Source: Candidatus Latescibacterota bacterium (GTDB lineage: Bacteria; Latescibacterota; UBA2968; GCA-2709665). Taken from it: a DNA stretch of 64,000 bases. The notes below the pieces were generated by a model that did not search any database, had not been told where the DNA came from, and saw only the letters and a list, made by a program, of their open reading frames with translations. The position numbers and the translations under genes are program-made. How positions within the stretch are numbered: position 1 is the stretch's first letter; each line of letters opens with the position of its first letter. The stretch lies in assembly GCA_965219455.1 (NCBI GenBank), contig OZ244744.1, positions 5,024,001 through 5,088,000 of the forward strand, given 5' to 3'. Shown here piece after piece: positions 10,075 through 20,172 of this stretch.

Positions 10075-11708
10075 GAGTCTGCGCCGCAGGAGTTTTTACA
10101 AAGGGCGAGATGTGTCTGTGTTGGGTTCGGTGTTATGTTGGGAGTGGTATGATGAGTTTCGGGCGCGGTCATCGTGGCAGTCAGGCGTGTTGAGGACGAG
10201 ATATTAGGGATCGTGGCTTCCCGTATGTCGAGTCCACAAGGACGGGACGCCCTAACTCATGCCTCAACACATCGTCAACGCTGCCATCCGCTTGGCGTTC
10301 AACGCCAGGCAGACCAGGTCCCACTCGGCACGCACCTTTTCCAGACCCCGGAAGCTGAAGCGTCGGAAGCCCAATATCTCCTTGATCCATCCGTTGGGCG
10401 CCTCCGAGAGCCACTTGCGCTTCGCATACAGGCCCCGACCTTCCGGGCTCGCCAGTTTTTCGCCCATGCGATGCGTCGCCGGAAGCGTCTCCGAATCGAC
10501 GTCCACCCGTTCCTTGCCCTCCCGTCCCAACGCCACGTAACCATCGATGCCACGTTCCTCAAGCGTGGCCAAGTCCTCCTCGTTGCAGTAGCCCGCGTCC
10601 GCCAGAACCGCACCGGGCTTGACCCCGAATGTCTCTTCCACCCCATCCAGCAAAGGGAGCATAAAGCCCTGATCGGTGGCCTGTGACCCCAGATGCGCAG
10701 CCACGATGATCTGACGCTCGGCGTCCACCACCGTCTGCGCGTTATAGCACTGCTGGAAACCCTCCGCGCTCGTCTTCATGATCCGTGACTCGGGGTCCGT
10801 GAAGTTGCTCTGAGCCTTCGGGTCGGGCTCGCCATAAGCTCTTTTGTACGGCCGCCCGCCCTTCGGGTTGCGCTTCTGACCGGGCTTGCGCCCGCGCGCA
10901 TCGTCGGCCGCCCGTTGCGATGCTTTTAGACGCTCCCGAGCCGCCTTGATCGCTGCCAGACGAACCTGCCTGCGCTGCAACTCGACCGGCAACTCGTCGC
11001 CACGAACATCCGCGCCGTAACGCGCGTCCTCCTCGGCATCAATCGACCCAGCCCCCGAAAGCAACGCCTCGATCTCTTTCTCCAGACGAGCCTGTTCCTT
11101 CAACATCCGCTCGTAACTCATGGCCTTACGCTTGCTCGCCTTCGCTCGTACCTTCGTGCCGTCTAAAGAGAGCGTCCCGAAACGTACCAGACCCATCTCC
11201 CGCGCCACACCAACCACCTCCACGAACAAACGCCCGAAATCTTTTAGGTGACGACGACGAAACTCGCAGATCGTCCGGTGTTGTGGAAAATTGCCTGCCG
11301 CCAACATACGAAACGCCACGTCCTCCTCCAGCTTCCGAGCGATCGCACGAGACGAATACACACCCGTCGCGTACCCATATATCAATACCTTCAACATCAT
11401 CGATGGCTCATAAGGTGCGTTGCGACGACCATCGCCTTCATAGGGCGCGTAGAATGATCCCAGATCCAGCGAATCCACCAGATCGCTCACCTGGTGCGAC
11501 AGATGACCTTCAGGCACCCACTCCCGAAGATCAGGCGCCAACAGCAATATCTGGTCCGGGTGATACGCACGAAAGGTCGTCGGCATCGATAGCTCCCTCC
11601 GTTGACACAACTCACAACCTCTTTACTGCTTGACATTTCTCAACTGCACGACCCATTATACCTACCCACACCTGTCCATTGAAATGAATTTTTCTGCGGC
11701 GCAGACTC
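10075..11708 (-). mobile_element. IS1182-family insertion sequence, copy 1 (1634 bp)
   Basis: TIR GAGTCTGCGCCGCAG at both ends; ATAG duplicated at 10071-10074 and 11709-11712. Confidence 0.93.
10264..11586 (-). CDS. IS1182-family DDE transposase
   Basis: DUF772-like N-terminus (YEPSMMLKVLIYGY..SSRAIA), SLDGTK, NFTDPESRIMK, LADAGY, GFRRFSFRG; an alternative upstream start at 11610 is possible. Confidence 0.93.
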   Translation of the reverse strand: MPTTFRAYHPDQILLLAPDLREWVPEGHLSHQVSDLVDSLDLGSFYAPYEGDGRRNAPYEPSMMLKVLIYGYATGVYSSRAIARKLEEDVAFRMLAAGNFPQHRTICEFRRRHLKDFGRLFVEVVGVAREMGLVRFGTLSLDGTKVRAKASKRKAMSYERMLKEQARLEKEIEALLSGAGSIDAEEDARYGADVRGDELPVELQRRQVRLAAIKAARERLKASQRAADDARGRKPGQKRNPKGGRPYKRAYGEPDPKAQSNFTDPESRIMKTSAEGFQQCYNAQTVVDAERQIIVAAHLGSQATDQGFMLPLLDGVEETFGVKPGAVLADAGYCNEEDLATLEERGIDGYVALGREGKERVDVDSETLPATHRMGEKLASPEGRGLYAKRKWLSEAPNGWIKEILGFRRFSFRGLEKVRAEWDLVCLALNAKRMAALTMC

Positions 11709-11722
11709 ATAGGAGGCGAAAA

Positions 11723-13429
11723 ATGGCCATCGCTGACATACAACCTCAGCACTTAACACTCGCCGATCTCTTTCAGCGTCGTCTGTTTAGAATTCCCCAG
11801 TATCAACGGTCATACAGTTGGCACCGGAAACAACGAGGAGATTTGTTCGGAGACATCAAAAGGATATCCGACCACGACAGTGATCGTTCACACTTCATGG
11901 CGACTATAGTCGGACTTCGGCGCAGAGTTGATAGAATCGGAACTACGGATCATAAATTTACAGACATTGTCGATGGACAACAGCGAATCACGACGTTAAT
12001 TTTGTTGCTAAAAGCTATCGCCGTTGCATGCGACCACACGGACGCGACTGATGAAATAATACGTGAAGAACTCAAGAAACTGTTGATCAAAGACGACAAT
12101 GCTACCCTTCTATTACTGCAAACTAATCATGATAGTAGCGACTATTTCGCGAATTACCTGAAACGAGGAACACATCCGCCTTCAGACGCCGCGGCGACTA
12201 TGGCTGACTATGAGCTTTTGGCTGCCATTGAGGAGTGTGAGCAGTTCGTAACTGACTGGCAGAACTCCGCTAATTCACTGGGTGACTTGGTTGCTCTCCT
12301 GTATAATAGACTGACCTTTATTTTTCACGAAATCAGCGACGAGTCGCTTGTGTATACTGTATTCGAGGTCCTCAACAGCCGTGGCCTGGATGTCTCTTGG
12401 TTTGACCGTCTTAAGAGCATGCTGATGGCCGTAGTGTTTGATCGTGCGGCGAATAATCAGTCTGAGTTTATCGAGACTGTCCACTCGCTTTGGACCCAAG
12501 TTTACCGCTGTGTCGGCCTGCGATTGGGTCTCAGTACGGAATCCCTTCGTTTCGCCGCAACACTTCGCCATCCCGAATGCCCAAGTCGCCCATTGGGTGA
12601 GGAAGATGCCGCGCTAATGCTTTACTGTCAATCCAAAGAAGGTGCAGAGCAGGTAATTGAGACAACTCGCTGGCTAAAGGATGTTACCGAAGCGGCAGAT
12701 CGAATAGCAGCCAATAGTACGGCGGATGCCGTCACCAGAATTGCGCAAGCTAGAATGGTAGCGACCGCGGTACACTTGCGTCAGGATTTTACCGAAGATG
12801 AAAAAAACAGTATATTTCGCAGATGGGAAAAGGTAACGTTCCGCATATATGGCATGTTTCGCAAAGACGCACGCTCGGCTGTCGGTGATTATGTTCGGCT
12901 CGCTTGGAGTATAATTAACAAACATCTATCCTGCGATGATACACTCGCCAGGCTAGCTGAGATCGGCCGAAATTTTTCAATTGACGAAGCTGTAGATAAC
13001 CTGCGCAATGCAAATTGCTACGATTACTGGGGGGAAGAACTACGATACTTTCTACACAGGTACGAGGAGTACCTCTCGACAAAGGCTGGACAGGACTTTG
13101 ACAACGAGCAATGGCGCCGTATTTGGGTAAACACTGCTGCAAAGTCTATCGAACACATACGACCGCAGAGTTGGTGGAACTCACGAGGCAAAGAGTCAGA
13201 CGAGGGTAGAATGCACGGTCTTGGCAATCTGCTGATACTTCCTCCAGGGCTCAACTCCAAATTGCAAGATAAACCTGCACGCAAAAAGGCAGCCGAATAT
13301 ACCAAGACTGGCCTCCTTATCGCACAAGAGGTCGCCGACGTTGTCTCCACATCTGGCTGGACATTCAAGACAATGAAGGAGCGTGAGGGTCGATTGTTGG
13401 AGTGGGCAATTCAGGAGTGGTCAGACTAG
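11723..13429 (+). CDS. GmrSD-like DUF262 + DUF1524 (HNH) restriction protein
   Basis: IPQYQRSYSW, IVDGQQRITT, FEVLNSRG (DUF262); SIEHIRPQ..LGNLLIL..LNS (HNH); AGGAGG RBS before ATG 11723; low GC. Confidence 0.9.
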   Translation: MAIADIQPQHLTLADLFQRRLFRIPQYQRSYSWHRKQRGDLFGDIKRISDHDSDRSHFMATIVGLRRRVDRIGTTDHKFTDIVDGQQRITTLILLLKAIAVACDHTDATDEIIREELKKLLIKDDNATLLLLQTNHDSSDYFANYLKRGTHPPSDAAATMADYELLAAIEECEQFVTDWQNSANSLGDLVALLYNRLTFIFHEISDESLVYTVFEVLNSRGLDVSWFDRLKSMLMAVVFDRAANNQSEFIETVHSLWTQVYRCVGLRLGLSTESLRFAATLRHPECPSRPLGEEDAALMLYCQSKEGAEQVIETTRWLKDVTEAADRIAANSTADAVTRIAQARMVATAVHLRQDFTEDEKNSIFRRWEKVTFRIYGMFRKDARSAVGDYVRLAWSIINKHLSCDDTLARLAEIGRNFSIDEAVDNLRNANCYDYWGEELRYFLHRYEEYLSTKAGQDFDNEQWRRIWVNTAAKSIEHIRPQSWWNSRGKESDEGRMHGLGNLLILPPGLNSKLQDKPARKKAAEYTKTGLLIAQEVADVVSTSGWTFKTMKEREGRLLEWAIQEWSD

Positions 13430-13548
13430 GAGCCTGTCGGAGTGCCTCGATATTGGCGAATTATCATACAATATATTGATTATAATTTTTCTTATAGCAC
13501 TATATATCGTATTTCAGGAGATGTTGGCATAGGTATTCCGGCAGACTC
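13430..13548. mobile_element. 119-bp AT-rich MITE-like element
   Basis: Imperfect 18-bp TIR GAGCCTGTCGGAGTGCCT / AGGTATTCCGGCAGACTC; flanks CTAG (13426-13429) and CTGG. Confidence 0.7.
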
Positions 13549-13570
13549 CTGGCAGGTTGCTTGAGACTAG

Positions 13571-15204
13571 GAGTCTGCGCCGCAGAAAAATTCATTTCAA
13601 TGGACAGGTGTGGGTAGGTATAATGGGTCGTGCAGTTGAGAAATGTCAAGCAGTAAAGAGGTTGTGAGTTGTGTCAACGGAGGGAGCTATCGATGCCGAC
13701 GACCTTTCGTGCGTATCACCCGGACCAGATATTGCTGTTGGCGCCTGATCTTCGGGAGTGGGTGCCTGAAGGTCATCTGTCGCACCAGGTGAGCGATCTG
13801 GTGGATTCGCTGGATCTGGGATCATTCTACGCGCCCTATGAAGGCGATGGTCGTCGCAACGCACCTTATGAGCCATCGATGATGTTGAAGGTATTGATAT
13901 ATGGGTACGCGACGGGTGTGTATTCGTCTCGTGCGATCGCTCGGAAGCTGGAGGAGGACGTGGCGTTTCGTATGTTGGCGGCAGGCAATTTTCCACAACA
14001 CCGGACGATCTGCGAGTTTCGTCGTCGTCACCTAAAAGATTTCGGGCGTTTGTTCGTGGAGGTGGTTGGTGTGGCGCGGGAGATGGGTCTGGTACGTTTC
14101 GGGACGCTCTCTTTAGACGGCACGAAGGTACGAGCGAAGGCGAGCAAGCGTAAGGCCATGAGTTACGAGCGGATGTTGAAGGAACAGGCTCGTCTGGAGA
14201 AAGAGATCGAGGCGTTGCTTTCGGGGGCTGGGTCGATTGATGCCGAGGAGGACGCGCGTTACGGCGCGGATGTTCGTGGCGACGAGTTGCCGGTCGAGTT
14301 GCAGCGCAGGCAGGTTCGTCTGGCAGCGATCAAGGCGGCTCGGGAGCGTCTAAAAGCATCGCAACGGGCGGCCGACGATGCGCGCGGGCGCAAGCCCGGT
14401 CAGAAGCGCAACCCGAAGGGCGGGCGGCCGTACAAAAGAGCTTATGGCGAGCCCGACCCGAAGGCTCAGAGCAACTTCACGGACCCCGAGTCACGGATCA
14501 TGAAGACGAGCGCGGAGGGTTTCCAGCAGTGCTATAACGCGCAGACGGTGGTGGACGCCGAGCGTCAGATCATCGTGGCTGCGCATCTGGGGTCACAGGC
14601 CACCGATCAGGGCTTTATGCTCCCTTTGCTGGATGGGGTGGAAGAGACATTCGGGGTCAAGCCCGGTGCGGTTCTGGCGGACGCGGGCTACTGCAACGAG
14701 GAGGACTTGGCCACGCTTGAGGAACGTGGCATCGATGGTTACGTGGCGTTGGGACGGGAGGGCAAGGAACGGGTGGACGTCGATTCGGAGACGCTTCCGG
14801 CGACGCATCGCATGGGCGAAAAACTGGCGAGCCCGGAAGGTCGGGGCCTGTATGCGAAGCGCAAGTGGCTCTCGGAGGCGCCCAACGGATGGATCAAGGA
14901 GATATTGGGCTTCCGACGCTTCAGCTTCCGGGGTCTGGAAAAGGTGCGTGCCGAGTGGGACCTGGTCTGCCTGGCGTTGAACGCCAAGCGGATGGCAGCG
15001 TTGACGATGTGTTGAGGCATGAGTTAGGGCGTCCCGTCCTTGTGGACTCGACATACGGGAAGCCACGATCCCTAATATCTCGTCCTCAACACGCCTGACT
15101 GCCACGATGACCGCGCCCGAAACTCATCATACCACTCCCAACATAACACCGAACCCAACACAGACACATCTCGCCCTTTGTAAAAACTCCTGCGGCGCAG
15201 ACTC
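13571..15204 (+). mobile_element. IS1182-family insertion sequence, copy 2 (1634 bp)
   Basis: Inverted copy of 10075-11708 with identical translation; CTAG duplicated at 13567-13570 and 15205-15208. Confidence 0.93.
13693..15015 (+). CDS. IS1182-family DDE transposase
   Basis: Same protein as copy 1; GGAGGGAG RBS before ATG 13693; TTCAAT-N17-TATAAT upstream. Confidence 0.93.
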   Translation: MPTTFRAYHPDQILLLAPDLREWVPEGHLSHQVSDLVDSLDLGSFYAPYEGDGRRNAPYEPSMMLKVLIYGYATGVYSSRAIARKLEEDVAFRMLAAGNFPQHRTICEFRRRHLKDFGRLFVEVVGVAREMGLVRFGTLSLDGTKVRAKASKRKAMSYERMLKEQARLEKEIEALLSGAGSIDAEEDARYGADVRGDELPVELQRRQVRLAAIKAARERLKASQRAADDARGRKPGQKRNPKGGRPYKRAYGEPDPKAQSNFTDPESRIMKTSAEGFQQCYNAQTVVDAERQIIVAAHLGSQATDQGFMLPLLDGVEETFGVKPGAVLADAGYCNEEDLATLEERGIDGYVALGREGKERVDVDSETLPATHRMGEKLASPEGRGLYAKRKWLSEAPNGWIKEILGFRRFSFRGLEKVRAEWDLVCLALNAKRMAALTMC

Positions 15205-15208
15205 CTAG

Positions 15209-15716
15209 CCTTAATTCGAAAAAATCAGGTGGCATTTCGTAACGCGGTGCAGATTTTTGGGTACTGTTTTTCGGTCTGTTTGTTCCGTTGCAGGCGCAGC
15301 GTAATACGACCTTCTGGGCGCACGAGGTGGCCGGCGCGGTTGATGGGTTCGAACCGTAGGGTGCGTATCAATTTGAGAGGTCATCGGTTGGTTTTCTTCA
15401 AGTTCCGATTGCGTTGTGTCAAGCCGGTTTCGATTTGGAAATTGGCCAGGAGGTTGTGCGCGAGAATGACGAACTGTTGCCAGGCACTATTGACTTGGTA
15501 ATCGTGTGTGGGAATGGTATCGAAACTGAGTGCGGTCTTGAGTTCACCAATGGCTTTTTCGTGCACGCCGCGCGCTGCCATGAAGCGCCAGAGCGCGCGC
15601 AACTTGACGGGGAGATTGGTGGCGAGTGCCGGGTATTCATAGGTGCCATCATCATCGATATGAACCTCAAAAGCTACCGACTCGAACACGCACATAAGCA
15701 CCACAAACAACACCAC
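15209..15716 (-). pseudogene. IS1380-family transposase 3' remnant with right end
   Basis: YPALATNL..WRFMAARGVHEKAIGELK..NSAWQQFVILAHNLL, then NRAGHLVRPEGRITLRL in another frame; ends TTCGAATTAAGG. Confidence 0.75.
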
Positions 15717-15755
15717 TGATCGGGAATTCTAATTGTCGTTGAACCGAAAAAATAG

Positions 15756-16103
15756 TTGACGTTAGTCAAACGACGCCGGTTCACGAAGCAGTACAAGCTG
15801 CGTATCCTCAAGCAGGTGGATGTGTGCACAAGCCCCGGAGAGATCGGAGCGGTCTTGCGTCGCGAGGGGTTGTATTCGTCTTATCTGACCAAGTGGCGCG
15901 ATCAGTTTTTGGAGGTTGGGCGTCGAGGATTGTATTGTGTGAAAGACAATAGTGCCAATCGCCACGATAGGAGAGTGGAGCATCTGGAACAGATCATCGG
16001 GAAACAAGCTGTGATCATTGAAGAGTCAAAGAAACGCTGTAAGGTTGTCGAAGGCGCAGAAAGTGCCTCTGGTTGTTCTGTTGAGAGCGGCTGGGTTGCC
16101 TGA
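15756..16103 (+). pseudogene. IS3-family OrfA-like remnant
   Basis: [34 protein letters not shown]; no OrfB follows. Confidence 0.7.
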
Positions 16104-16382
16104 TTGCGGACGCGGGCGATCTTATTTTATCGCTTGACAGGATGCAAGGAAAATGTGAATCTAAACAGGGTGGTTTTGCCAGGAACAAGGCAAAGGAAAT
16201 GATTGAGTGGGTTGTTGCGGGTGAGGACGAGGAAGAAGCTGTGCGGGGTAAATGGAATGGGAAGGACGAGGAAACTGTGTTTCCGACTGATCCGCCAGTG
16301 GCAAGATCGGGGAACGGAAAACTGTCAATGAGGGATTTTAAGGCGTGGCCGGCAAAGAGGTGATAAGGAGGTTTCCTTTCTT

Positions 16383-17024
16383 ATGAGCGGTGTATTCATT
16401 TATTGGGACAACTCAAATGTTTTTTACGAGGCGCAGCGACTCTCGGAGGAGTTGAATGGAGACCCTACTGCCCGTTATCGTGTCCGTATTCACTTTGAGA
16501 ATTTGTTTCGTTTGGCGCAGGCGGATAGAAGTTTGGAGAAGGCTTATGCTGCTGGATCGATTCCCCCGGAGATGAATCAATTGTGGAATCGTCTGGAGAA
16601 TCAGGATGTGGAAGTTTATCTGTTTGATCGTGGTGTTTCCGGCGGTGGAGAACAAGAGACGCCCGACCAATGGCTGCAACTGCATATGATGGAGGATGGT
16701 TGGGACAATATTGATAATCCCGGTGTTGTGGCGCTATTGACCGGTGACGGCGCCGGATACGTTGAGGGTCGCGGATTTCATAGTACGTTGGAGCGATTGT
16801 ATAAGAGAGGTTGGAAAATCGAGGTCTTGTCCTGGAAGCATTGTTGCAATCGGGGGATGCGTACGTGGGCGGAGAATAACGGTGTTTTCGTTGCGTTAGA
16901 TGATTACTATGAGTCAATTACTTTTCTGGAACCTTCTCGTCCGGGTTATCCGTTTGCACTTCCACGCGATGTCTCGGTAATGGATCTGTCACAGCGTCCG
17001 ACGGTTGAGAAGGGAGAAATTTGA
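16383..17024 (+). CDS. NYN (LabA/DUF88 PIN-like) domain protein
   Basis: FIYWDNSN, QETPD, LLTGDG..GF and GWKIEVLSW motifs; TAAGGAGG RBS. Confidence 0.85.
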   Translation: MSGVFIYWDNSNVFYEAQRLSEELNGDPTARYRVRIHFENLFRLAQADRSLEKAYAAGSIPPEMNQLWNRLENQDVEVYLFDRGVSGGGEQETPDQWLQLHMMEDGWDNIDNPGVVALLTGDGAGYVEGRGFHSTLERLYKRGWKIEVLSWKHCCNRGMRTWAENNGVFVALDDYYESITFLEPSRPGYPFALPRDVSVMDLSQRPTVEKGEI

Positions 17025-17366
17025 GGGCGGATGGTAAGCCGGCAGCAGCCCGATCTTCAGCGTTCGTTTGACGCAGTCCTCATCACCCTATCTCGCCGCA
17101 ATTTCGTTTATCTCACATCGATACATTCAAGCACATAGGTCTCGAAGACCCGATCTGAAACCGCCCGGCGCAGCCGCTGTTCCAGTGCTCTGAATTGGTG
17201 GGGAAAAGGTTGCGAATAACGGTGGAATATTGTATCTTGATACGTGTAATGGAGGGTGTTGCCGGCGAGGGCGAATTGCTGCAGCGTTCTTACGATGTCC
17301 ATCTTTTCGCCGGGGCAACAATACACGCATTGATGCTTCGCTGCTCGGATCTCGGGCCGCTTTTGT

Positions 17367-17459
<93 letters not shown>

Positions 17460-17536
17460 GAAATATCAATGAGCACATCCCCCGCAGCCGACGGCGGTTG
17501 GCAGGGAAGGCTCGCAACACGAGGTCGGAAACGGAA

Positions 17537-17914
17537 ATGGCGCATGCCATAAAGATCCGGGTGGGAGAGATCGAACTGGATGCGGAGTTGAACGATTCCG
17601 AAACTGCGTCCAGAGTGCTGGCCGCGCTGCCCATCTCCAGCGGTTTCAACACCTGGGGCGACGAGATCTATTTTCAGATCCCCGTGTCCGCCGACCCGGA
17701 GGATCCACAGGAAACGGTGGCGGTGGGCGATCTGGGCTACTGGCCGCCCGGCAAGGCATTCTGTATCTTTTACGGTCCAACGCCCGCCAGCGAAGGGGAT
17801 GAGATCCGGCCCGCCAGTCCCGTGAATCCCATCGGACGCTTGCTGGGGGGCGTGGAGGCGCTTAAAGGCGTCTCCAGGACAGACGGAATCCTCATCGAAC
17901 AAGGCGAAGCATGA
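17537..17914 (+). CDS. Cyclophilin-like fold protein (TM1367/DUF369 type)
   Basis: LNDSETA..LP..NTWGDEIYF..GDLGYWPPGKAFCIFYGPTP..ASPVNPIG. Confidence 0.88.
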   Translation: MAHAIKIRVGEIELDAELNDSETASRVLAALPISSGFNTWGDEIYFQIPVSADPEDPQETVAVGDLGYWPPGKAFCIFYGPTPASEGDEIRPASPVNPIGRLLGGVEALKGVSRTDGILIEQGEA

Positions 17915-17964
17915 ATGGCGAGTGGCCTTCACTTGCTTTGCGCTTCGCGTGTCGTCACATTTGT

Positions 17965-18040
17965 GGGGCTGTAGCTCAGTTGGGAGAGCGCCAGAATCGC
18001 ACTCTGGAGGTCGTGGGTTCGAACCCCATCAGCTCCACCA
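17965..18040 (+). tRNA. tRNA-Ala(CGC)
   Basis: 76-nt cloverleaf, G3:U70, CCAGA-ATCGCAC-TCTGG anticodon arm, CCA. Confidence 0.96.
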
Positions 18041-18104
18041 GGAAAACAGCCATTGGCCCTCGGCGGTTCCCATCGGCTGAAGGTCTGCTGCTGATTGTTT
18101 TTTT

Positions 18105-18379
18105 AGGTCGTGCTAGACGGGGAAGTAGCGGCGCCCTGTAGCCCGCAATCCGCTATAGCGGGGTTGAATTCCTCGCCTGAGGCTCTTCATTCCGGGACAT
18201 GATTCGGACAGTAAGCAGTGTTGATCGCCAGGTCCTGCGCAACGGACGATTGCCAAACCCCGTCAGGACCGGAAGGTAGCAGCGGTAGGTGACCCGGCCC
18301 GTGTGCCGCGGGGGCCCCTGGCGGGAGCTGGCGCTTTCCGAATACCCCGGCCTGAATGCCGAAGCGGGGTGCACGGCCT
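18105..18379 (+). ncRNA. ffs: Large bacterial SRP RNA with Alu domain
   Basis: Helix 8 CCCCGTCAGGACCGGAAGGTAGCAGCGG; 5' GTGCTAGACGGGGAAGTAGCGGCGCCCTGTA..CAATCCGCT resembles Bacillus scRNA; ends AGGTCGTGC/GCACGGCCT pair; lies upstream of dnaX. Confidence 0.92.
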
Positions 18380-18451
18380 TTTTAGCGTCCCTTCCCAATA
18401 TCGAATCCCTGTTCGTGCGCGCCGGATGGATCGGTGAGAGGCTGTTCCCGT

Positions 18452-20152
18452 ATGTCCTATCGTGTAATCGCCCGCAAGTGGCGGCCCAACGTGTTTCAGG
18501 ATGTGGTCGCGCAGGACCACATCGTTCAGACGCTGCAGAATGCCCTCCGTACGGAACGCATCGTCCAGGCATATCTGTTCTGCGGCCCCCGGGGAACGGG
18601 AAAAACGACGATGGCCCGCCTGCTGGCCAAGGCGTTAAACTGCGAACAGGGGCCAACGCCGGTGCCGTGCGGTGAATGCGGCTTCTGCACGGCGATTGCC
18701 GGCAATAAGAGCATGGACGTCCTTGAAATCGACGGGGCGTCGAACCGGGGCATCGATGAGATCCGGCAGTTGCGGGAGGAGGTCGGGTTTGCGGCAACCA
18801 AGGGCAAGCGCAAGGTCTATATCATAGATGAAGTGCATATGCTCACGGCGGAGGCCTTCAACGCGCTCCTGAAGACGCTCGAGGAACCGCCGCCCCACGT
18901 GGTGTTCGTGCTGGCCACGACCGAGCCGCACAGGATGCCGGAGACGATTCTTTCCCGATGTCAGCGATATAATTTCCGGCGGATATCCACCGATGCCATT
19001 GTCGGCCAACTCCGGAAGATTCTGGATGCGGAGGAGATCGCGGCGGAAGACGAGGCGCTTTTTCTGCTGGGCCGAAAGGCCGACGGCGCGCTACGCGACG
19101 CTGAGAATCTGCTGGATCAGGCCATCGCGTATTCGGATGGGGCGATTGCCGCGGAGGCGGTCCGGGAACTGCTGGGCGTCATTCCCGTCGATCTCTATTT
19201 CGAGCTGACGCAGGCTATACTCGATTCAGACGGGGCCACGGCGCTGCGCGCGGTCGAGCGTGTGCTGGATGGAGGCGGGGATGCCGGCGAGTTCACGCAG
19301 GGGTTGCTGGAACACGTCCGGAACCTGCTGGTGGCGCGCGTGTCGGACGGCCTTCCCGGAGACGACCTGTCCGCGGCCGACCAGGCACGATACCTTGAGA
19401 CGAGTGCGCGATTTCAGGAGGAAGATCTCCTGCGCATGTTGCAGGCGGTTACCGATCTGGAAGCACGGTTGGGCCGGATTTCGAATCCACGGTTATGGTT
19501 GGAACTGACCGTGATGAAACTCGTGAATATGGCGCCCTCCGAGTCCGTCCATGAGGTGATGGCCCGGCTGGACCGGCTGGAAAGCATGTTGCGTACCGGT
19601 AAGGCCGCGCCTTCGGAGAAACAGCGGCCCGAGCCGCCCGCCGCGGTGCGCCGCGAACCGGGCGCCCCGGCTCGTCCGCGGCCAGCGGACCCAGCGGCAT
19701 CGTCCGTCGTCGCCAGCGAGGCGCCGCCGCCTGAAGTCGAAGCCCCCGAGGACCCCGTCGCGCCGTCTCGAGCCGAGCCCGAGCCGCCGGGGGCCGGTGA
19801 CCTGACGCTCGATGTCGTTCGGCAGAAGTGGCCGGACCTCGTCGAGGACGTGAGGTCGCGGAAGCTGGGCCTGGGGACGTTTCTGGCGGAGGGCAGGCCC
19901 GCGGCGTTGAAAGACCGCCGGCTGGATCTGGTCTTCAATGCGGACAAGACGTTCCATGCGGAGCAGGTCAGGCGCAACCGGGAGTTTCTGCAGGGGGTAA
20001 CGGGCGATGTCTTCGGCGTTTCCCTGCGCATCCGGTGTGAAATGGACCAGGACGAAGACGGCGGCGCGGCTCAGGAAGACGACGGAGCGGCGTCCGACGA
20101 ACGGGTCCAGATGGCAATCGATATTTTCGATGGAGAGGTCGCAGGCCGTTAG
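18452..20152 (+). CDS. dnaX: DNA polymerase III subunit gamma/tau
   Basis: MSYRVIARKWRP, GPRGTGKTT, EIDGASN, IIDEVHML, TILSRCQ. Confidence 0.97.
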   Translation: MSYRVIARKWRPNVFQDVVAQDHIVQTLQNALRTERIVQAYLFCGPRGTGKTTMARLLAKALNCEQGPTPVPCGECGFCTAIAGNKSMDVLEIDGASNRGIDEIRQLREEVGFAATKGKRKVYIIDEVHMLTAEAFNALLKTLEEPPPHVVFVLATTEPHRMPETILSRCQRYNFRRISTDAIVGQLRKILDAEEIAAEDEALFLLGRKADGALRDAENLLDQAIAYSDGAIAAEAVRELLGVIPVDLYFELTQAILDSDGATALRAVERVLDGGGDAGEFTQGLLEHVRNLLVARVSDGLPGDDLSAADQARYLETSARFQEEDLLRMLQAVTDLEARLGRISNPRLWLELTVMKLVNMAPSESVHEVMARLDRLESMLRTGKAAPSEKQRPEPPAAVRREPGAPARPRPADPAASSVVASEAPPPEVEAPEDPVAPSRAEPEPPGAGDLTLDVVRQKWPDLVEDVRSRKLGLGTFLAEGRPAALKDRRLDLVFNADKTFHAEQVRRNREFLQGVTGDVFGVSLRIRCEMDQDEDGGAAQEDDGAASDERVQMAIDIFDGEVAGR

Positions 20153-20172
20153 AAAGCCGCGGGGAGGACGCA

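Noticed and set aside
11630-11722. N-terminal extension of the 599-aa ORF
   Set aside because: It lies mostly inside the IS end; the RBS supports ATG 11723
10075-15204. Composite transposon that delivered the GmrSD-like gene
   Set aside because: Each IS has its own target duplication and the outer flanks differ (ATAG against CTAG)
17084-17104. Degenerate right att site (CACCCTATCTCGCCGCAATTT)
   Set aside because: Aligning it to the tRNA 3' end needs several indels, so it could be chance
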